Of a stretch of 64,000 nucleotides of DNA, positions 22,763 through 33,700 are shown one piece after another. This stretch comes from an uncultured Planctomycetota bacterium. Its GTDB lineage: Bacteria > Planctomycetota > Planctomycetia > Isosphaerales > Isosphaeraceae. A program made the translations under genes and the position numbers. The stretch lies in the NCBI GenBank assembly GCA_963845755.1, contig CAWJTV010000011.1:352001-416000 (forward strand). Direction: 5' to 3'. Positions within the stretch are counted from its first letter, which is position 1. Every line of letters starts with the position of its first letter. Below the pieces are notes generated by a model that searched no databases, had not been told where the DNA came from, and saw only the letters and a list, made by a program, of their open reading frames with translations.

Positions 22763-24167
22763 TCATGAAGGAACATAGGTCAAGCCCCCGACCGGGAAGA
22801 CGCGAATCCGGGGCCGTGCTCCGGGAGAGGGGATCCGGGACAGGAGTAAGTCCCAATCGTCGAAGAGTTGGATCGGACCGAGGCGGGGGCCGACGCATTC
22901 CCGGAGGGGCGGGGCATACACCAGTACGGTGCGGTCGACGACCAGCTCGCGGGCCCAGCGGATCAGGAACGCCGCCGGTGAGCCGGCCGCACCGGCGGCG
23001 TGCTGGGCGATCGGGACCAGCCGGCGGATGGCCCAGCCGCCCCAGGCGCCGGTGGCGGCGATCCGCCGCAGCGTCGAGATCGGGAACGAGCGGCCGATCT
23101 CGTCGGGGTCGGTCCAGAACAGGCCCACCAGCACGCCCCCAGGCCGGCAGGCCGCTCGGTGGTGGAGCAACACCTTGAAACTCTGCATGGGATCACCGGG
23201 CCAGGGATGATTGCCCGCCACGACCACATCGGCCGGCGCCCGCACCGGTGCCTGGAACCGGCGCCGGGCCTCGTCGGCCAGGCGGTCTTGCACGCCCTCG
23301 GGATGTCCGGCGACGATGCGAAAGACCTGGCCGGGACCGCCGATCAGATGGCTGATCGACCAGCAGGGACCGAGCCGAGCCGCCGCGGCGCGGATCGCCA
23401 GGCGCATCGGGTTCTCGGACGCCGCGCCGCCCAGCAGGCCCGCGGCGTCGGTCCGGCCTTCGAGGCCCTGACGGTGCAGGGCCCCCAGCGTCGTCCGGTG
23501 GCTGGTGCCCGGGAAGATCAGCTTGTACCCGCCGCCGAATCCCGCCTGGAGATGGGGGAGCACCGAGCCGATGAGGATCCGAACGTCGGCCTCCGCGACC
23601 GGCCGGAAGACCCGCACCGGAATCCCCTGCGGTGTCCGGCCCAGATCGGCGTAGGCCGAGTGGTCGTCCACCGGCGGGCTGAAGCAGCGATAGCCGGCCG
23701 CGACCGCGTCGCCGACCCGCCGGCGCATCGCCTCGGGGCTGACCGCGTGGTGCCGGCCGACCCCGACGCTGATCGTCACATCCTCCGCCCGGACCCCCGC
23801 GGCATCCAGTCGCGACAGGACCCTCGGCAGCGCCTCGCGCACCGGCGTCCATCGCGACGGGTCGTCCACCACGATCGCCACCCGCGCAGCCGGCTCCGGC
23901 CAGTTGATCCAGCCGCGCCATGTCCACCGGCGACTCCAGCGACGCCTCCAGCTCCGACGGATAATCGGCCAGCGCACCGCCCAGCTCCGGCCAGTCCACC
24001 TCGACCTCCGCCCCGGCCAACGCGCCCGACGACGGCAGACGCAACTCCAGCGACGCGTCGACACCCCACGGCACCGCGATCGCCCCCAAATCCGCCAGCC
24101 CCTCTCCGGCCGCCGGATGGGACAGGGGTTCCAGGGATCGCTTCGACTCCGCAGGTGTCGGCGTCAT
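22763..24167 (-). CDS. LarA-like (DUF2088) lactate racemase/epimerase-domain protein; frameshift ~23890
   Basis: VAIVVDDPSRWTP, VGVGRH, LGRTPQGIPVRV, IGSVLPHLQAGFGGGYKLIFPG. Confidence 0.8.
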
Positions 24168-24445
24168 GGAGCAGCTCCTCGCGAGAACCTCGGCCGGGCG
24201 CCATAGCTGGCGAATGGGTCCAAGGCTAATGCCCGATGTTCCTCTCGCCAAGCCGGATCCGGCGGAAAAGCCCGAGCAACCCTCCTCATCCATCCTTTCG
24301 GATCAGCCTTGAAAATCGAAAGGATTGGCAGCTCGAGTCAAGGATCCCGATCAGCCGGCCGATGAACCTGGAAATCCGAAGTCCGGAAAAGGGAGCGGGA
24401 GGTGCGCACTCCCGTGGGATCTTGCTCGCAGGATGTCATAAGCTG

Positions 24446-25780
24446 ATGAACCGAAAAAACCATCGATGCCGACGGTCGTTGCGGTATCAGCTCTCGGGCG
24501 AATGCCTCGAGGATCGCCGGTTGCTCAGCAGCGGGGACATGATCTCGGCACTCCAGCAGAACCCCGTGGCGCTCCAGGCCGTCCACCCCAATACCCCGGT
24601 CTTGCCGTTCGCGACGCCGACGAAGAAGGCGTCGTTCCTCGATCCCACGGTCCAGATCAAGAACGGGAACTCGGTGGTGATCAGCTTCCAGAGTTATGTC
24701 GCGCCCTACGCGATCCTCGACGGCCGAGGCGGCGCGATCAAGATCGGGGACGGCTCGGACGTGCTGGACAGCGCCTCGCTCGTGGCGAATCCGGGCCATG
24801 CGTATCGGGCGCCCGCGTTGTTGATCGGCAACAACGTCTCGATCGGCTACGGGGCGAAGGTCCTGGGCCCCAGCACGATCGGCTCCTACGCGGACACGGC
24901 CCAGCCGACCGGGATCGGCGCCCGAGCGGTCATCGACGATGCCACGATCGAGCCCGGCGCCATCGTCTCGCCGCTGGCCCGGGTCGGGCCCGGGGTGACG
25001 GTGCCGACCGGTTTCCGGGTCCTCCCCGGCAAGGACGTGACCACCGACGCCGAGGCTTCCAACCCCGCGCTCGGCATGGTGGTGAAGGTGACATCATCCG
25101 ATACTTCGACGCTCAAGCAGGTGCTCACGAATAGCCAGGGTCTGGCCGCGGGCTATACCAACCTCTACCAGGGCAGTTCCGCCACGGGGGTCAACATCGG
25201 GGCCAACCCCACGATCGGCGGCGTCGATAACGGCTATCTGCCCGGCGTCAAGGGAGCCAGTCTGTCGCCCGGCCCATCTTACATCGGCGGGACCAAGAAG
25301 GAAGGACCGGAGTTCGTCACGCCCCAGGGGTTCCTGGTCGGCAGCCTGCTTGCCAACTTCCCCGGCCGGATTGTGGGCCCGGTCGAATTCCAGGATCAGC
25401 GGGCCTGGCAGGTCGCGCATCACCTCGGCCGGGCCAATTCGATCCGCGCCGATGAGGGCCAGCCGATCAGCATCGGCTCGATCGGACACACCGGACTCCA
25501 CGTGACGATCAATTCCCCGCTCGGCGGGACGCTGACCATCGGCAAGAACTTCCGGGCCGGCACCGGCGCGGTGATCCTCGGCGGTCCGAGCGTCAAGGCT
25601 AATATCGGCGACAACGTCAGCGTCGGCGCCGGCGCGGTGCTCGACCGCACCTCGCTCGGCTCGGGCTCGACCGTCGGCAAGGGCGCCTATCTCCAGGCCT
25701 CGACCTTCCCCGCCAACACCGTCATCCCGGCGGGGGCGATTTATATTAGTAATAAGTTCATGGGTTATGTGCAGTCGTAG
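24446..25780 (+). CDS. Secreted tandem gamma-carbonic-anhydrase-like left-handed beta-helix protein
   Basis: LEDRRLLS export motif, SFLDPTV, IGNNVSIG..VLGP, SIRADEGQPI and hexapeptide repeats. Confidence 0.75.
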   Translation: MNRKNHRCRRSLRYQLSGECLEDRRLLSSGDMISALQQNPVALQAVHPNTPVLPFATPTKKASFLDPTVQIKNGNSVVISFQSYVAPYAILDGRGGAIKIGDGSDVLDSASLVANPGHAYRAPALLIGNNVSIGYGAKVLGPSTIGSYADTAQPTGIGARAVIDDATIEPGAIVSPLARVGPGVTVPTGFRVLPGKDVTTDAEASNPALGMVVKVTSSDTSTLKQVLTNSQGLAAGYTNLYQGSSATGVNIGANPTIGGVDNGYLPGVKGASLSPGPSYIGGTKKEGPEFVTPQGFLVGSLLANFPGRIVGPVEFQDQRAWQVAHHLGRANSIRADEGQPISIGSIGHTGLHVTINSPLGGTLTIGKNFRAGTGAVILGGPSVKANIGDNVSVGAGAVLDRTSLGSGSTVGKGAYLQASTFPANTVIPAGAIYISNKFMGYVQS

Positions 25781-25969
25781 GATCGATCGGTGTGTGCGGG
25801 CCGGTCCGCTTTGACGCGCCGGGGCGGCGGGGATAAGACCGGGTACGGCTCGCGCAAGGACTTCGCGACCGGCCAGCAGACCCCAGTCTCGATCGGAGGT
25901 CAGAAACTCCGCCCGATCGCCGTCGACGACATCCTGCCCTGACCTCCGCGGGTGGAAAGCCTCTTGCCT

Positions 25970-27583
25970 TCAAGGTGATTCGCCCTCGGCCGCGACGGGC
26001 AGCTCTTCATCACGGGCGGCGATCGCCAGGGCCGCCCGCTCCGCCAGCGCGCGGATATCCGCGAACCGATCCTCGGCCGCGAGCCTCCGGACGCGTTCCA
26101 GCGCGGGTTGGGCACGCGGCCCGAGCCGCGTCAGGGTCCCCACGGCAAATCGCCGGGATTTGTCGTCCGGGTCGTCCAGGGCCTTGATCAAGGCCGCGAG
26201 CATGTCGCCCCGGAGATCGTGCAGCTCGTCGGTGGGATCCGGCGATCGGATCTGCTGATCCAGGCAGGAGAGCGCGACGTGACGCACGTGCTGCGGTTGA
26301 CCGTCCCGATCGATGAGGCCCATAACCGCCCGGGCAATGGCAGCTCGCTCCAGACGAATCCGCCTCAGGCGCTGAAGCACAGAGATGCGGACCATCGGCT
26401 CCGGGTCGTCGAGGCTCCGGAGGATCGCGTGCACTCCCGGTGGAAGCGCGGCCCGAATCGCCGGATCGGGGCTCCCCTGTGCCCAGGTGAGCAATGGCGC
26501 CGAGAGCCTCCACGCAATTCATCCGATTCCACTGATTCGGGTCCGACGTGGTCTGACACAGCGCGGGGACCGCGCGCTGGATCGCCTCGCGATATCGGGT
26601 CGGATCGTCCCGGCGGTTGCGGAGCCAGTTTATGAGTGTCCCCAGGAGAAATGCGGGACTTCGGGCGACTGCGCAGGGCCATCGCAAAGCGCCGGGACAA
26701 TCGCCGGATCGGCAAGTCCCATGCGGCCGAGGCTCTCGGCCGCGGCGCCGGCAACGTCACCATGCAACACCTCGATGAGCGCCGCGATGACCTCATCGTT
26801 GATCGGGATATCGAGGGTCCGCGCCGCGACAAAGCGGACGTTTCTCTCGGCATCGTGCAGGGCGTCGAGCCGGGCGCGGACCGACGCGGGGTCGTCCGGA
26901 GCGATGGCGCGCAGGCTCGTGAGGATGGACTGACGTGTCTGGTCCGGCGTCGCCTCGGTCGGGCCCAGCGCCCGGATGAAGATCGGGACGGCTTCCCTGG
27001 CGCCGGCCCCGAGCTGGCCGAGCGATGCGAATGCCTGGTTGCTAACCCGGGGATCGCGCGCGTCCAGCGCCACGGCGGCCAGCGCGGCGGTTGCGCTCGT
27101 CGCACCGGGACCGATCGAGCCCAGCGCCCGCACCGCGTCGAACCGGACTTCATCGTCAGGATCCTGGAAGGCCGCGATCAGCGCGGGCACCGCCGCCGAG
27201 GATCGGATCACGCCCAGCGAGTCGACCGCCTCTCGCCGCAGCCGGATTGAGGGATCCTTGGTCACTGGGACCAACCCCGGGACCGCCGGTGCCGCCGCAG
27301 TCCCTCGACAGCCCAGTGCGAAGATGACCATCCAGCGGACGTCCTCATCCGGATCGTTCAACGCATCGATCAGCGCGGGGATGGCCAGCTCCGCCGCGGT
27401 CTCATTCATCCCCAGCACGCGGGCCGCCTGGCATCGCTCCGGAACGTTCCCGCTCCGGAGCCGGCGCACGGCCTCCGTGGCCGGGTCGGCCTGCTGCCGC
27501 TTCACGACCCCGAAGAAGACGCCCCAGATCGCCACCAGGACCATCAGCATCAGCGTGTTGGTGCGCAGCCATCTTCGTCTCAT
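25970..27583 (-). CDS. Membrane-anchored HEAT-repeat protein; frameshifts ~26680 and ~26490
   Basis: Repeated AVPALI.AL.DPD..VR..A..ALG across ORFs 26630-27598, 26010-26687 and 25970-26494. N-terminal TM segment. Confidence 0.8.
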
Positions 27584-27659
27584 GGCGATCCGCCTCACTC
27601 ACGCGAAGTCAGGGGAGCAGCGCCTCGCAGGGATCATTTCACCGTCGCACCGCGCCGGA

Positions 27660-28370
27660 TCAGGACTCGGGAATCTCGAACCAATCCCCCGGCCGGAGAA
27701 TCACCGGCTGCGCCGACGTCTCGGCCTTGACGCGCGCGGCCCAGGCATCGGCGTCCTGCACGATGGGGGGAAATGTGTTGTAGTGGATCGGCAACACGAA
27801 CCGGGGCTTGAGCAGCTTGACCGCGCGGATGGCATCGTCGGGCCCCATCGTGTAGTAATCGCCGATGGGCAGGATCGCCAGATCGAGCCCGTCCTCGCCG
27901 ATCAGCGCCATGTCGCCGAACAGGGCGGTATCCGCCGCGTCGTAGACCTTGGTCCCATCGGGGAACGTGAGGACGAATCCGCAGGGATTGCCGCCGTTGC
28001 TGCCGTCGGGGAGCATGGAGCCGTGGAAGGCGAGCGTCAGCTTGACCCGCACGGCCTTGTCGAACAGGAAGCTGCCGCCGTGCTGGAGGCCCTCGACCTT
28101 GGCACTATCCAGTCCCTGGGCGGACTGCTGGAGCCACAGGCTGATCTCGTAGTTGGCCGCGACCGTCGCGCCCGTGCGTTTCGCGATCGATACCGCATCG
28201 CCGACATGGTCGCCATGGCCGTGCGAGATCAGGATCAGGTCGGCCGGCACCTCGCCGGCCGCGACCGCCGCCTGGGGATTGCCCGTCAGGAACGGGTCGA
28301 TCAAGACCATTCGGCCGTCGTTCTCCAGCAGCAGGGCGGCATGCCCCAGCCATTGTACGCGAGTGGACAT
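27660..28370 (-). CDS. Metal-dependent hydrolase, MBL fold (UPF0173-like)
   Basis: WLGHA, LIDPFL, SHGHGDH, AFHGS, DTALFGDM, LPIG..YTMGP, PIHYNTF. Confidence 0.92.
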   Translation of the reverse strand: MSTRVQWLGHAALLLENDGRMVLIDPFLTGNPQAAVAAGEVPADLILISHGHGDHVGDAVSIAKRTGATVAANYEISLWLQQSAQGLDSAKVEGLQHGGSFLFDKAVRVKLTLAFHGSMLPDGSNGGNPCGFVLTFPDGTKVYDAADTALFGDMALIGEDGLDLAILPIGDYYTMGPDDAIRAVKLLKPRFVLPIHYNTFPPIVQDADAWAARVKAETSAQPVILRPGDWFEIPES

Positions 28371-28639
28371 GATGATCTCTCATTCCCGGAGGAAACGGCG
28401 GGTCAAGACGCCTGCGCCACGATCCTCCCTCGTGGCGGGTCCCGTCTTCTGCATCATCCACCACACAACGCCCGATAACAATCCATCAGCGATCGCGGAC
28501 CGCGGCGCGAGCGGGTTCCTCTCGCCGCTCGACTCTCCTTGACGTTTGGACCGAATCTCGAAAAGATCGGGGAATCCGCCGGGAGCGGATCGGCGCCGAG
28601 TCGATCCGCCCGCGATGACTCATCCGCACGGAAGGCGTC

Positions 28640-29572
28640 ATGAACCCACCGACCGAGACCGGGAAAGGTTGTCCGGGCCATCCCGTCGAGGACTCGCCCC
28701 GGGCCGAGGCCGACGCGGAATCGGGATCCTCGTCCTGCCCGCGATGCCGGGCCCTGGAGGCGCGCATCGCCCTGCTCGAGGCCGAGGCCGCCGCGCGGGA
28801 AGGCGCGCGCACGGCCCCGGGCGCCTCGCCCGGCGCGGACCATCCGGCCGGGTCCGCGATCGCCCCCGGTCCCCTGGAATTCAAGGCACTCCGGCTGATC
28901 CCCTACGGCTGGGGACAGGGATGGGGGCTGCGTCCCTCGCCGGTGCGCCGGCTCTGGATGGACGATCTCCCTTACTCGTATCAATGCCTCCCCCTGGTCA
29001 TCGCCAACCAGTGGGGCTGGCAGGTCCTCTGCCCGACCGACGTGCAAGTCACCTGGGACGGCACGCCGGGCCTCGACGGCGTGCGCGTCGAGGTCGACGA
29101 GTCCTACCGACCCGCGATCAAGAGCCAGTTCGGCGCGGGGATCGTGACCTTCTCACCGCCCTGGCTGTTCCGCACCAGTCCCGGCTGGGACCTCTACCTC
29201 AAAGGGCCCAGCAACCGATGGAAACCCAACTGTGTCCCGCTGGAGGGCATCATTGAAACATGGTGGCTCAATTATACGTTCACATTAAACTGGAAGCTCG
29301 TCCAGCCCGGGACCGTCACCTTCGCCAAGGGTGAGAGCCTCGGCCAGTTGATCCCCGTCCCCCACGCCACGTTCGAGGACGCCACTGCCCTCGAAGCTCC
29401 CATCGGCATGCTCGAGCCCGACTCGGTCCCGGAGCTCCTCGAGTGGCTGGAGCGCCGCCGGCAGCTCGCCGGCCAGAAGGTCAGAGTCCACCACCTCTAT
29501 CGCAAGGCCGAAGGCATCGAGGACCATGTCCATCGGGTCGGCGTGCCGGCGATCAAGATGATCTTTCCCTGA
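28640..29572 (+). CDS. DUF6065-like protein
   Basis: R.WMD..YQCLPLVIANQWGW, SQFGAGIVTF, LFRT.PGW.L..KGPSN, PLEGIIETWW..YTFT.NWK. Confidence 0.75.
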   Translation: MNPPTETGKGCPGHPVEDSPRAEADAESGSSSCPRCRALEARIALLEAEAAAREGARTAPGASPGADHPAGSAIAPGPLEFKALRLIPYGWGQGWGLRPSPVRRLWMDDLPYSYQCLPLVIANQWGWQVLCPTDVQVTWDGTPGLDGVRVEVDESYRPAIKSQFGAGIVTFSPPWLFRTSPGWDLYLKGPSNRWKPNCVPLEGIIETWWLNYTFTLNWKLVQPGTVTFAKGESLGQLIPVPHATFEDATALEAPIGMLEPDSVPELLEWLERRRQLAGQKVRVHHLYRKAEGIEDHVHRVGVPAIKMIFP

Positions 29573-30038
29573 CTCCGCGGGCGTCTTACAAGGTGTTCCG
29601 CAGAATGGCCCGGGGATCTCCGGTCCAGAGTTCCCGCCGACTGCCCCCTTCGACCCGACCACGCGGCGATCCATCATATCGAAGAAATGTCAGCGGCCTA
29701 TCGCATAACCGCATTTTGGGATCGCACTCGAAGATGGGGTAAATGGTTCCTTGTGGGAAGCCGCTTCCGTATAATTGGCCGGGGTAGTTTCTGTCCGGCT
29801 TGGCTGACTTTGCCGGCCCGTGGCCGGCTTCGACATCCGAGCGATCGTCTCGTCGCGCAGCTTTTTCCGGCGCTCGTCCCTTGGAGCGGTTAACGCTGGC
29901 GGGGCCGACGGTCGGGGGACAGAGCCCCTCTTCCATCAGGACTCCCGACTAACCCGACGCCTTCTTGTAGGAGCCGGCTCGGTCCGGCGATCTTCAGCTC
30001 GACGCGTGGTCGCGTGAACCATTCAGAACGAGGAACCG

Positions 30039-30716
30039 ATGATGCGCAACCGAGTCCGTCTCGCGAATGCCAGCGTTGCTTCGGCATTGCTCTTGTTTTG
30101 TGTGCAGACGCAAACCTACGCTCAACCCGTGAACATCAGGGCCTTGTCCGATCGTTCTTACCAGATGGGCGCCGCTGAGAGCTGGAGGGTGAGGCTCCCG
30201 CGTGGCACCCAGTACAAAGCCACGCCGTCGTCAACACCCGACAGTTTCGACGATGATGATGTCCTGGTGAGGACCGATCTCGTCCTTGGTGGTCATGTGA
30301 CTGTCACGTTTCCACAGGGAAGCGTGTTCCAACTCGCGGCCGGTCCAGGGAATCGAGTCACGATTCCCCTGGAAACGTTCGTCACACTTCCGGCTGGGAC
30401 GAGCGTGACAGTCCTGCGCGGTAACATCAACAGGGCGGTCACGCTCACAGGGGCCGTCACCGTGAAAACCGTCGATCTCCTACACATAACCCTCCCCGAC
30501 CCGCCACCAGCACGGGCACAGGCTGCGGTCCCGGCGCCTCGGCGACCGTCGATTCTCGTCGGCATCCTCAACCCGGCGCCCACGGATCCGGCCTGCGCCG
30601 GGTACGGGGGCTGGGGCTCGGCCGTATCGGTCGTGGGCCCGAGCATCGCCGCGCGTTGCACCGGCAGGCATCAACGTTTTGCACATTCATATTTCTATAT
30701 ATTGTCAGCTTACTGA
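30039..30716 (+). CDS. Hypothetical secreted beta-rich protein
   Basis: Signal peptide ending QTYA-Q. Recurrent V.LP.GT / VTFPQGS motifs. GAGGA RBS. Confidence 0.55.
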   Translation: MMRNRVRLANASVASALLLFCVQTQTYAQPVNIRALSDRSYQMGAAESWRVRLPRGTQYKATPSSTPDSFDDDDVLVRTDLVLGGHVTVTFPQGSVFQLAAGPGNRVTIPLETFVTLPAGTSVTVLRGNINRAVTLTGAVTVKTVDLLHITLPDPPPARAQAAVPAPRRPSILVGILNPAPTDPACAGYGGWGSAVSVVGPSIAARCTGRHQRFAHSYFYILSAY

Positions 30717-30757
30717 TGACGCGTGATCGAAACATCGACGTTCTGCCGTCCGCGATC

Positions 30758-33700
30758 CTACTCGGGTGAGGGAAACATCACGGATTCGACCCTCTGAGCC
30801 GGTCCAGGAGCGACCGTCTCGCCGGGGTCTTCGCCGTCCGAGATGGGACTCTCGCCGTTGGGGAGGCTGTTCTGGTGGCCGCGGTTCCCGGCCTGTCGTC
30901 CGATCCGCGACGGTTGACCGCCGACCGAGAGTCGAACCGAAGAACGCGATGGAGTGCGATCCTGTGTACGGAGTGCGGTGGGTCCGCCCTCGACGCGTAC
31001 CACCGTGGCCGGACCGGGAATGCGTGAGGACATCGGAGGCGGAACTCTCCGCCGCGCCTGGGGTCCTGGGGACGCTTCCGGAGAATAGCTGGTTTGCAGG
31101 ATCGAGTCGGTTGTGCGCCGCGGGGGTTCGACTCTCGAGGTGCCCGTCGGCACGGGTCTACCGGCCGGAGAAACGGGTGGTGCCGGTGTCGGCGGAGTTG
31201 CCGGCACTATGGCAGGAGTCGTCGACGGGGCCGCCGGCGACGTCGCGCCTGGGGTTGAGGGGACGGCACCCGTGCTGGGCGCGGCCGGATTAAGAACCGG
31301 GGGCGGAACGGTCGCCGGCGCGGGCGGTGTGTTCGTCATCCCCGGGAACAGAGAGCCTGCGGGAGCCCCGGTCACCGCGCCCGGCGCGAGCACCGTGAAC
31401 TGCGGCAACTGGCCGCCGAGCGGGAGGACGGTCAGCGGCGGCAGGGCCAGTCCCGGCGGCGTGGCCTCGACCCGCGTCGATGTGGTCGTGTTGTTCAGTT
31501 GCGGGTTCGCCGTCGTGCTGGTGGTGGCCGTGAGCACGAGATTGTTGGTCGGCTGTGGGGTCGGCTTCGGATCGGTCTCGACGTACAGGTGGTTCGAGAT
31601 TCCATTGGGTGTCGCGATGTGGACGTCGATGATCGCCCAACCGCAGGGCTGCTGCTTCGGCTTAGTCGGATCCGGATTCAGCGGCCTGGTGGGATCCGGA
31701 TTCAAGGGCCTGTCCGGGTCGGGGTTCAGGTCTCGCCGGTCCCCCGCGGGATTGTGCGGTCGGAGCGAATTGAATCCTGCAACACCGGGGTGGTTAATGG
31801 GCTGGCCCGGGTTCGGGTTCGGCGGTCGGGTCGGGTCCGGATTCAATGCCCGTGTGGGGTCCGGGTTGGGCATGCCGGTGGTGTGCGCGGCCTGGGCCGA
31901 GTGCGGATCGACACAATAGTGCTTGTAGACTCGGGCGTTGGCGGGAATGACGATCTCCATGACGTTGCGGCTGACGAGCCGCTTCTGGGCGTCGGGCACG
32001 TCAACGCCCCCGGCGACGACCCGCGTCTCGAAGACGTTGAATCCCCGCCCGAGCAGGAAGATCGTCGAGTTCTGCCCCTCCTGCGGGTGCTCCCCGTACC
32101 AGGCGAGCAGGGTGGGTGCCAGGCCCGCGGTGTTCTGGCTGAACATCTCCGAGCCCATGAGGTCGCCTTCGTCCGGCAGTTGCACATCGTAGTCCTGGGT
32201 CGGCAGGAGCTCCTCGAGTTGCTTGACCCTGCGGGTCAAGTGCATCAGGTCCGCCGGCCGATACGCGCCGGAATCGCAGATCCGACCCAGGGCATTCTTG
32301 GCCTTCTGGAGCTTTTGGCTCAAACAGAGCATGTCCTTGTTGCTCAGGTCCGCCTCCGCGCAGGCGCCCGTCACGTCGAACCAGTTGGCGACGGTCGACA
32401 ACCGGAGCGATGGGACAAAATTGGGTGTGACGACCAGGGCGATGCACTCGTGCTGGCCGGGCTCGATCTTGCGATTCGCCAGGTCGTAATCCGGCCTGGG
32501 ACCGTTCCAGTACAGGAGGCTGGCGATCCGCCGCGGATTGCTCTGCGTGGGCGGCGTCTGGACCCGCGGGTAGAACTTCCAGCCGAACGTGGTCTCCCCC
32601 GCCCCGAAGGCGACCGATGTGCGATTCAAGCCGACGGTCTCCAGGTCGAGGTCGAGCTGGCGGGCGAAGGCCGTCGCGTTGTTCATGTTGACCTTGCCGG
32701 TGGCCACCGACACCGCCAGGGCCAGTTGCAGCTCGGTCCGTCAACTGAAGGCGTCGAGCACGTTCTGCTGGTCCACGACCGGATCGATCGAGTAAACATG
32801 CAGCGGCCACTTGATCGCGACGTAGTCCTTGAACGCCCTTCGAGCGTCGGGAGACGGCTCGAACTCGTAGAAGAGCAGGTGGTCAACGGGCCCGCACGCT
32901 TCCCCCTTGCGCTGGAAAACGGCCTTCATGTCCTGCTTGAGCAGGTGGTCGACGACGACGAACTGGAGCTCCAGCAGGAATGCGAGCACGTCGAACTGGG
33001 TGACCTGGTTCGGCCAGTCCTTAGGAAATTGACCCCGGGGAAGATTGTTCCGATACCCGACGAGGAGCTTCAGGAACTCTTCCCGCGCCTGGAGGACGGC
33101 CTGGTAATCCTTGCGGAGGTATCGTTCCCCCATCGTCTGAATGATCGGCTGCTGGAGCAATTCGGTAAACGGGGCATTCGCGTGCATGAACCGGTTGGTT
33201 TCCAGGAGCGCCTCGCGGACCAGGGACAGGGTACTCGGATCGTGCCGATAGGGGTCCTGCTGGCCCCCATTGATGGCACTGACCAGGAGCCGAAGCCGGT
33301 TATCGGTCCCTCTCAAAGTGCGTGGGAACATACTCATCGCCGCGCCTGCTCCGGGAGCGGGGGGTTGATACGCGGCGGCAACGGCGGCCGCGGCAGCCCC
33401 CTTGGCCGGGGTCGCGGGCGGGGCGTTCGGCCAGGTCGAGGGGCCGAGGATAATCCGCAATTCCGTGATCGCGGCGGAATTCGGGCCGGACCCGGTCTTC
33501 GCCGCCGGGAGCAAGCTCCAGCTTTCCATGCGTTGCTCTTGGTTCGGCCCGGGGTGGCTCCAGTTGTCCCTGGGATCCTCGTTCACGGCCGCTGGAACAG
33601 CGGGCTGCTGATCGGGCCCTTGGATATCCATCGGGACCGGCGCGCCGGGCGGAAGCGGGCCCGGCGGCGCCGAGCGGATTGGGCCCTTGGATATCCATCG

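Noticed and set aside
28730..28800. CPRC plus coiled-coil at the DUF6065 N-terminus resembling an IS66 transposase leader
   Set aside because: Too short, with no other IS66 motifs or TIRs nearby.
32741..32743. In-frame TGA as selenocysteine or programmed readthrough (also 6916-6918)
   Set aside because: The aligned residues are Arg or Leu, not Cys, and I see no evident SECIS. A CGA->TGA change in GTCGAC explains both.
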